NCBI GenBank assembly: GCA_964535955.1
Contig: CAZHVK010000008.1
Span: forward strand, 1 to 64,000
Source of the DNA: an uncultured Methanosarcinales archaeon
GTDB taxonomy: Archaea; Nanobdellota; Nanobdellia; Woesearchaeales; CAXGTL01
DNA: 64,000 bases
Reading direction: 5' to 3'
Shown here: piece by piece, positions 57,539 through 64,000 of the stretch
How positions within the stretch are numbered: position 1 is the stretch's first letter
Layout: every line of letters starts with the position of its first letter
Notes under the pieces: model-generated
What the model saw: only the letters and a program-made list of their open reading frames with translations
Databases searched by the model: none
Told to the model about the DNA's origin: nothing
Program-made: the position numbers and the translations under genes

Positions 57539-58962
57539 CCAACCAACTTCCTAACAACATCAACAATCTTTCTACCATCAGCCTTACCTTTTAACTTTGC
57601 CATGACTTTGCCAATCATTGCATTGAATGGTAATCCTTTATTCTTGTCTATGATTGTCTTGACTTCAGACTCTAAATCAGAATCAGACATCAAATAATAG
57701 TTTGCAATAATATCTTTGACAGGCTTATTTTCCACCAAGATCTTTTCCACTGAATCTTTTGAAATCTTTCCATCATTAAGCTCTTTAAACAATGTCTTGA
57801 AATCATCATTGGTAGGATGAATGTCTTTTTTATGTTTTTTTGATAACATTTTTGGTAATGAGATAAGGACTTCACCGATAAAACTTGGTTTTATGTTTGT
57901 GTGTTGTTCTGCTAATTGTTCAAATAATTTGTGTTTCTTAGCTTTTGTCAATGCTTTTGCTAAATCCTTACCGAGTTTGTGTTTTTTTTCAAGTTTTTCA
58001 GAAATATCATCAATTAATTCTGGTAATTCTAGTTTAGATGTGTCTGGTTTGTATGTTGGCAGGTCTGTCTCTGGATACATCCTAGCACCGCCAGGCATTG
58101 GTCTTAAGTAGGTAGAAGTGTAATCTTTTTTAACATTCCGCACGTGTGCATGTGTTTTTGTGTTTTGTTTTATTTCTTCTAATTGTCGCAAAACTTCATT
58201 TTCAATTGCTTTTGGTATTGATCTTATGTCTTGGAAACCTTTTACTTCTACCCTTGGATGACCTTTGATTGAAACATTTAGATCTTGCCGAATTGTGCCA
58301 AGACCTCGCCTAACACCTTCAACTGACCTGCATATCATACCAATCTTTTGTGCAACTTCTTGTGCATGCATATTATCTTTGATATCAGGGCCTGTTGCAA
58401 TCTCAATCAAACCAATTCCTAGTCTTGAAATGTTCCACAAAGTATAGTCTTCATGGTCTTGAATCTTTTTAGCTGCTTCTTCTTCTAATAAAACAATTGG
58501 TATTGTAACACGACCTTTTGATGTATCAATATAACCATTTGTTGCGATAAGTGCTGTTCTTTGAAAACCTGACACATTAGAACCATCTATTACTGTTTTT
58601 CTCATGACTTGTATTTCATCAACAATCTTTGCATTTAATAACAAAGCAATCTTTAGTGCTGTTTCTAGACATTTTGGATTTACTTGATGAGGTGGTTCTT
58701 CATCCATTTCAATCAAACAATTTGTGTCATTATATGCTTCATAAACATGATATTTTTTTCTTTTTTGTTCATATGCAGCAGCTGTGTCAATTTTACCTGT
58801 CTCTCCAACAACTGCTCTGAGTTCTCTTTGAAATGTATAATCTGGTTTATCATCTCTAATAACAGCAGAACATTTACAGAATAGTTTTTTTCCATCAAAC
58901 TGTTGATGTGCTTCAATTCCACATAGGAATCCTAATTTTTGGTAATCAAGTTGTTCTGACAT
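57535..58962 (-). CDS. gatE: Glu-tRNA(Gln) amidotransferase subunit E (short form)
   Basis: GIEAHQQ..KKLFC, DEEPPH, MRKTVIDGSNVSGFQRT, RGLGTIRQDLNVSI and RPMPGGARMYPETD motifs. Confidence 0.95.
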   Translation of the reverse strand: MSEQLDYQKLGFLCGIEAHQQFDGKKLFCKCSAVIRDDKPDYTFQRELRAVVGETGKIDTAAAYEQKRKKYHVYEAYNDTNCLIEMDEEPPHQVNPKCLETALKIALLLNAKIVDEIQVMRKTVIDGSNVSGFQRTALIATNGYIDTSKGRVTIPIVLLEEEAAKKIQDHEDYTLWNISRLGIGLIEIATGPDIKDNMHAQEVAQKIGMICRSVEGVRRGLGTIRQDLNVSIKGHPRVEVKGFQDIRSIPKAIENEVLRQLEEIKQNTKTHAHVRNVKKDYTSTYLRPMPGGARMYPETDLPTYKPDTSKLELPELIDDISEKLEKKHKLGKDLAKALTKAKKHKLFEQLAEQHTNIKPSFIGEVLISLPKMLSKKHKKDIHPTNDDFKTLFKELNDGKISKDSVEKILVENKPVKDIIANYYLMSDSDLESEVKTIIDKNKGLPFNAMIGKVMAKLKGKADGRKIVDVVRKLVG

Positions 58963-59004
58963 TCTTATTTACTACATAAGCCCATGTTCTATTTAAAAGT
59001 TACT

Positions 59005-59679
59005 TTAAAATTTAAGATATCCAATCTCTATGAGCTTTTTTGTTATCTCATTCTCAATGATCAAGCATGATAAGTTTCTGTTACAGATCAGTTCCAGATA
59101 ACTTTCATTACCTGTCTCGAGATAAAGATTAAAAAACACAGGACAAAGACCTCCATCTGAAAAAGGAATTGGTGATTTAATCTTGAATTTACGCATTGCT
59201 TCGTTTTTTGACATATGTCCAAGCTTAATATCTCGAAATCTTAGATTTTTCATAAGATATTCTGCTTTTTGTCTGTCAGAAGCTTGTTTAAGAAGATTCT
59301 TTGTCATGTTTTCATCAAATTTTTTATAATAAGCTAAAATGTCTTGTAAACATTCTTCTTGTGTTTCTCTATTTGTTTGTGTTAAACAGAGTTCATGCAC
59401 AGCCCTGTCAGCATATATTGCATCTGTGCGTGGATCTCCTGGTTTTACTTTTCTTACAACCTGGATAATCATTCCTTTATCAAAGATTCCATAAACAACA
59501 GTGTTCATCTTGTCATAATTCCAGCTGACACCTAGATCACTATCACTTTCAGCTGTTTCTGCATCACCTATTACATGTTCTGCATAGAATTCTCTATCAC
59601 CAAAATAAAGATCTTCTGACTTGTATAATAATACATCATAAACATCATGTCTTTCAAAAATTCTATCTTTATAAGACAT
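59005..59679 (-). CDS. Hypothetical protein
   Basis: 224 aa ORF with a strong GAGGTGA SD. Confidence 0.7.
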   Translation of the reverse strand: MSYKDRIFERHDVYDVLLYKSEDLYFGDREFYAEHVIGDAETAESDSDLGVSWNYDKMNTVVYGIFDKGMIIQVVRKVKPGDPRTDAIYADRAVHELCLTQTNRETQEECLQDILAYYKKFDENMTKNLLKQASDRQKAEYLMKNLRFRDIKLGHMSKNEAMRKFKIKSPIPFSDGGLCPVFFNLYLETGNESYLELICNRNLSCLIIENEITKKLIEIGYLKF

Positions 59680-59760
59680 CTTATCACCTCAAACCTTAGT
59701 AAGAAATTTTGTCTGAGTTTATAAAATTTTATATTGTAAAATAGTAGTGAAACTTTGAGA

Positions 59761-59882
59761 ATAATAGTTAAACTCTTTCGTTCGCATGCTCAATGTTTTT
59801 ATCATGATCAATTGACCATCAGTTAAGTTTTACAATCCTAATAATTGCTCACTGGCCTTACAGGCAAGAGTTTAACTATTAT
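59761..59882. repeat. Structured dispersed element family C
   Basis: 17-bp perfect inverted repeat ATAATAGTTAAACTCTT/AAGAGTTTAACTATTAT around a core shared with 42891-43000. Confidence 0.85.
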
Positions 59883-59953
59883 TTGTAAATTCTATGTTCA
59901 CTTCTACCTAATTATTACAAATGCTTATATAAGAACTATTAATCCCACCACTT

Positions 59954-61816
59954 ATGAACAATCTTCTATTCCCATACAAAAAAATAAGACCAATACAAAC
60001 TGATTTGATAAAAGATATCAGACATTGTATTGAAAATAAGTCTCATGCTATTCTACATGCACCTACTGGATTGGGTAAGACAATTGCTTCACTTGCACCA
60101 ACATTAAAATATGCAATTGATAATGATCTTACAATCTTTTTTTTGACTTCTAGACATACACAGCATTTGATTGCTTTAGAAACACTGAAATTGATAAAAG
60201 AAAAGTTTGATGAAAAGATTGTGTCTGTTGATATTATCGGAAAAAAGCATATGTGTCTGCAGCCTGGTATGCAGATGTTTAGTTCATTTGAGTTTTCAGA
60301 ATATTGTAAAAAATTGCGTGAAGATAACACATGTGATTTTTATAAAAATATAAAAGTAAAAAATCAAGTCACAAAACAATGTAAGATTTTATTAGATCAA
60401 TTAACACCACAATTACCATTGCATGTTGAAGATATGATGAAAGAATGTGATAAATGTAATGCATGTCCTTATGAAATTACTATTGAACTTGGAAAAAAAG
60501 CAAATATAATAATCTGTGATTATTATTATATATTTAGTCCAAGTATTGCAAAAACATTTTTTATGAAAACAAATAAAAGTTTTGAAAAATCAATTGTAAT
60601 TGTTGATGAAGCGCACAATCTTCCTTTTAGGATCAGAGATCTGTTGACAAAAAGATTAACAACAATCATGTTAAGAAGATCAATTTTCGAAGCAAGGAAG
60701 TTTGGTTATGATGAAACTGTTCAGATGCTTGATATGTTGAAAGATATTCTTGATAATTATAGTGATAGGTTGAAAAAGGATGATGAGCTTTTAGTTGAAC
60801 GAGATGAATTTATAAAAAAAGTTGAATTGACAATTGAATTTGATCAATTGATAGCTGATCTGGAATTTATTGCATCTGATATAAGAGAAAAACAAAAACG
60901 AAGTTATATTGGTGGGGTTGCTGATTTTTTGCAAAAATGGAGTGGTGGTGATGAAGGTTTTGCAAGGATTGTTAGTAAAATAAAGTCTAGGAAGTTTGGT
61001 GAGATTACAAGTATTTCTTATCGTTGTCTTGATCCTAGTCTAGTAACTTCTGATGTGATTGACAAAACATATTCAACAATTTTAATGTCAGGAACATTGA
61101 CACCAACTTCTATGTATCGTGATCTTTTGGGTTTTCCTGAAAACACTTTTGAACGTGTTTACAAAAGTCCTTTTCCTACAGAGAATAAATTAAGTTTAAT
61201 TATTCCTAAGACCACAACAAAATTTACAATGAGAAATGAAAAAATGTATGAAGAGATTGGTAAAGTCTGTGCAGAAGTTGTTAATATTGTGCCAGGTAAT
61301 TGTGTTGTGTTTTTCCCCTCGTACTACCTACGAAATGAAGTCAATAAGTTTTTTACTAATGTTTGTAAAAAGACCACATTTATGGAAGAATCAGATTTAA
61401 CAAAAACAGAAAAACAAGAATTGCTTGAGAAGTTTAAAGAATATAAAGATGTGGGTGCTGTTCTGTTAGGTGTGATGGGTGCTAATTTTGCAGAAGGTAT
61501 TGACTTGCCAGGTGATCTATTAAAATGTGTTGTTGTTGTTGGTCTGCCATTACGAAGACCTGATCTAGAAACTAGGGAATTGATTAAGTATTTTGATGAC
61601 AAGTTTCAAAAAGGATGGGATTATGGTTATTTGTTTCCTGCTATGAATAAATGTTTTCAGTCAACTGGCAGGTGTATTCGTTCTGAGACTGATCGGGGAG
61701 TAGTTGTTTATCTAGATGCTAGGTATAAATGGCAGAATTATTATAGATGTTTTCAAGAACAAGTTCAGACAAGTGAAGATTATGTTAGGTTGATTAAGGA
61801 GTTTTTTGGTGAATGA
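59954..61816 (+). CDS. xpd: XPD/Rad3-like Fe-S DNA helicase
   Basis: APTGLGKT, Fe-S Cys residues (MC, YC, TC, CPYE), DEAH, MSGTL, FFPSY, EGIDLPG and QSTGRCIRS motifs. Confidence 0.92.
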   Translation: MNNLLFPYKKIRPIQTDLIKDIRHCIENKSHAILHAPTGLGKTIASLAPTLKYAIDNDLTIFFLTSRHTQHLIALETLKLIKEKFDEKIVSVDIIGKKHMCLQPGMQMFSSFEFSEYCKKLREDNTCDFYKNIKVKNQVTKQCKILLDQLTPQLPLHVEDMMKECDKCNACPYEITIELGKKANIIICDYYYIFSPSIAKTFFMKTNKSFEKSIVIVDEAHNLPFRIRDLLTKRLTTIMLRRSIFEARKFGYDETVQMLDMLKDILDNYSDRLKKDDELLVERDEFIKKVELTIEFDQLIADLEFIASDIREKQKRSYIGGVADFLQKWSGGDEGFARIVSKIKSRKFGEITSISYRCLDPSLVTSDVIDKTYSTILMSGTLTPTSMYRDLLGFPENTFERVYKSPFPTENKLSLIIPKTTTKFTMRNEKMYEEIGKVCAEVVNIVPGNCVVFFPSYYLRNEVNKFFTNVCKKTTFMEESDLTKTEKQELLEKFKEYKDVGAVLLGVMGANFAEGIDLPGDLLKCVVVVGLPLRRPDLETRELIKYFDDKFQKGWDYGYLFPAMNKCFQSTGRCIRSETDRGVVVYLDARYKWQNYYRCFQEQVQTSEDYVRLIKEFFGE

Positions 61817-61877
61817 ATTCTTTACCATATTGAAAACAAAGGTCATATTTAAATATTAGGTTGTTTTTCTATATATT

Positions 61878-62147
61878 ATGGGATTTGATGAATATAATTT
61901 TGATAATGTTGTTGATGATCTTAGATACAATATACAAGAATGCATAGATTATTATAGAAATACTGATAATGATAAACCTAAGAATTATACTACTTTTATG
62001 TTATTTTTACAAATTTTAAAACACGAACATGGTGTAGAAGATCCAAGTAATGTGGAAATAATGAATTCTTTTAAAAAAAAACCTTGTAAAACTAAAGAAA
62101 AACAAGCTTTGCAAGACAATGTAATAGATTTGTCAGAATACTTATAA
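61878..62147 (+). CDS. Hypothetical protein
   Basis: 89 aa ORF with TTTAAATA about 28 nt upstream. Confidence 0.55.
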   Translation: MGFDEYNFDNVVDDLRYNIQECIDYYRNTDNDKPKNYTTFMLFLQILKHEHGVEDPSNVEIMNSFKKKPCKTKEKQALQDNVIDLSEYL

Positions 62148-62151
62148 AGTA

Positions 62152-62186
62152 TTCTGAGCATGATCAAGAATCTGCGATTCTTGACA
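62152..62186. repeat. Partial family A palindromic element
   Basis: TTCTGAGCATGA-TCAAGAATC-tgc-GATTCTTGA-CA. Confidence 0.6.
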
Positions 62187-62342
62187 TAACTTCTAGATTA
62201 AAGCAATAAAGTTTCATACTTTTGAAAAGTGGTGACTATTAAATTCTTAACTTATATGTTCTGTATGTGACAATATACTGTTTTGTATACTAAATTACAA
62301 ATATACACTTTCGTAACATTTATATACTAGTATAACATAAAA

Positions 62343-62810
62343 GAATGTATAACAAATGATCATTAACAAAGCTAATGATTGTTAACATTCATAAAAAAGG
62401 GGCTCTGTTTATAATTCTAATAATACCACCCCTCACACTCATATAACTCGAGCCCCTTATTATTTTCACATAATCATTAATTCATATAGGCGAAGAAAAA
62501 AGTAATAAGTTGTTCATTAATGCAGATCAGGAATATGAACAATGAAACGAGTTGAATCTGACCTGAAACCAAAAAGCTACTTAGACCAGCTCTTTACTTG
62601 ATAGGACCTTGGAGAAAAAAGAGGTGTAAAATAAATTAGTATGAGGTGATGCAATAGTAACTTTGATGACTAAATGCTTTTTTTGGGCAAGGCATTTATG
62701 AAAAGTAGTTAATTAACATTTTAATTGCCCTATATTTTTTTTTAACCTGGGTGAGTATAAGTTTGACTTGGTGCTGGGCTGTTACCTTGTAAACTTCACA
62801 AAAACTCACC
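62343..62810. ncRNA. Candidate structured noncoding RNA or leader (multi-hairpin)
   Basis: At least five helices found by eye after a TTTATATA box at 62319; no long ORF. Not matched to any family I recognise. Confidence 0.3.
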
Positions 62811-62842
62811 AAATATTTTTTTTAAAAACAAAAACAAGAAAA

Positions 62843-62977
62843 ATGGAAGACACTGTATTTGGATCAATAATATTTAGCACAAATCTTATCTTAATAGTTC
62901 TGAGTTTATTCATAACAATGCATTATACTAAGAATTACAAATTACTAAAAGAAATAAAAGAGGTGATTACAATCTAA
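62843..62977 (+). CDS. Putative small single-pass membrane protein (44 aa)
   Basis: MEDTVFGSIIFSTNLILIVLSLFITMHYTKNYKLLKEIKEVITI; hydrophobic core followed by a basic tail. Confidence 0.35.
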   Translation: MEDTVFGSIIFSTNLILIVLSLFITMHYTKNYKLLKEIKEVITI

Positions 62978-63190
62978 AGAATGAATTTTTGATCGAACTA
63001 ATTGTTTTAAGGACACAAAAGGTTGATTTCTTTAATCTGTTTTATATAGGTTAATCTAATTTTCTTACAAGTTCTTCAATACAATAAACAAAAATAATAC
63101 ATGAATACATAAAATTTTAAGTATTCTGTCTAATTCTGAGATTTAATAAATTAGCAAAGATTTATAAACATTACACAAAAACAAAATAAC

Positions 63191-64000
63191 ATGTTAACAA
63201 AACAAGATTATGATGATATAAGAAAAGAATTAGACAATTGTCATCACCCTGTATATTTTTATGATGATGATGCAGATGGTTTATCTAGTTTCTTATTATT
63301 CTATAGATATGTAAGAGAAGGCAAAGGTATTATTCTTAAAACACATCCAAATGTGGATATGAAATTCATTGATAAAGTCAAATATTATTTTCCTGATAAA
63401 ATATTTATACTAGATATTGTAAGAACTGAACAAGAATTTATTGATAAAGTAAAAACACCGATTATATGGATTGATCATCATGGTCCTATTGAAAGAAGAG
63501 GTGTAAAATATTATAATCCTTTGTTAAAAGAACCTAAGAAAAACATGCCTACTTCTTATTTATGTTATAAAGTTGTTCAACAAGATCTGTGGATTGCAAT
63601 GGTTGGTATTGTAGGAGATTGGACATTGCCAAAAGATTTAGGTGAAAAGTTCTCTGAAAAATATCCTGATCTGCTTCCACCTAATGTGACTGACCCGGGT
63701 GTAGCAATGTTTGAAACTAAACTTGGCACACTTATACAAATTTATGAGTTTTGTATGAAAGGAAAAACATCTGAAGTAAAGAAATTCATAAAGATATTGA
63801 CAAGAATTAATGATCCTTATGAAATTTTGCAAGGCAAGACACCAAGAACTAAATTGATTATGAGGCATTATAAGAAGATTAAAAAAGAATTTGATTCATT
63901 GAAAAAAGAGATTAAGGTTGATAAATCATCACCATTAGTTGTGTTTCAATATCATGTTAATAGAATGAGTCTATCTGGTGAACTTTCTAATTATGTATTA
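63191..64000 (+). CDS. DHH family phosphoesterase (partial, runs off right edge)
   Basis: Manual translation MLTKQDYDDIRKELD...FYDDDADG...IFILD...WIDHH...GIVGD; absent from the track because there is no stop in the window. Confidence 0.88.
   Translation, partial: MLTKQDYDDIRKELDNCHHPVYFYDDDADGLSSFLLFYRYVREGKGIILKTHPNVDMKFIDKVKYYFPDKIFILDIVRTEQEFIDKVKTPIIWIDHHGPIERRGVKYYNPLLKEPKKNMPTSYLCYKVVQQDLWIAMVGIVGDWTLPKDLGEKFSEKYPDLLPPNVTDPGVAMFETKLGTLIQIYEFCMKGKTSEVKKFIKILTRINDPYEILQGKTPRTKLIMRHYKKIKKEFDSLKKEIKVDKSSPLVVFQYHVNRMSLSGELSNYVL

Noticed and set aside
35763..62186. CRISPR array formed by the palindromic repeats
   Set aside because: The copies are dispersed and variable, not regularly spaced, and no cas genes are present.
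62375..62446. 23-aa ORF MIVNIHKKGALFIILIIPPLTLI resembling a class III signal peptide
   Set aside because: It is too short to be a pilin, has no mature domain, and overlaps hairpin stems.
1..64000. tRNA/rRNA genes, transposases, alternative genetic code
   Set aside because: No cloverleaf or rRNA-like segment and no transposase motif was recognised by eye. Conserved genes are full length under the standard code.

Overview
This is an AT-rich archaeal genome scaffold with two 100-N gaps. It is most consistent with a DPANN archaeon (Woesearchaeota-like; inferred from gene content and style). Archaeal markers include aRF1, aIF-1A, GatE, TrmY, Dph2/Dph6, a deoxyhypusine synthase family gene, an XPD helicase, TrmB and Lrp regulators, and TATA-type promoters. 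Positions 1-25.4 kb hold a minus-strand array of five large, modular, secreted or surface proteins: three subtilisin (S8) proteases (one over 2370 aa and absent from the ORF track because it runs off the left edge), an S-layer-like mosaic split by a gap, and a lipoprotein. Positions 25.5-64 kb are housekeeping and hypothetical genes. The most striking feature is at 51.6-54.5 kb: two tandem bacterial sigma70 (RpoD-like) genes abutting a lytic transglycosylase, inside archaeal context. Both sigma proteins keep the RNAP-core-binding and region-4 motifs but have lost the Trp-Trp promoter-melting dyad, which suggests decoy or effector sigma factors aimed at a bacterial partner (hypothesis). Other observations: several families of dispersed, covarying palindromic intergenic elements (one nested in another), a canonical kink-turn at the predicted 5' end of an mRNA for a tiny Lys-rich protein, an unannotated ribbon-helix-helix gene with a candidate operator, a bacterial-type lipoprotein signal peptidase, and a multi-hairpin noncoding region near 62.3-62.8 kb. 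No tRNA, rRNA, CRISPR array or transposase was recognised.
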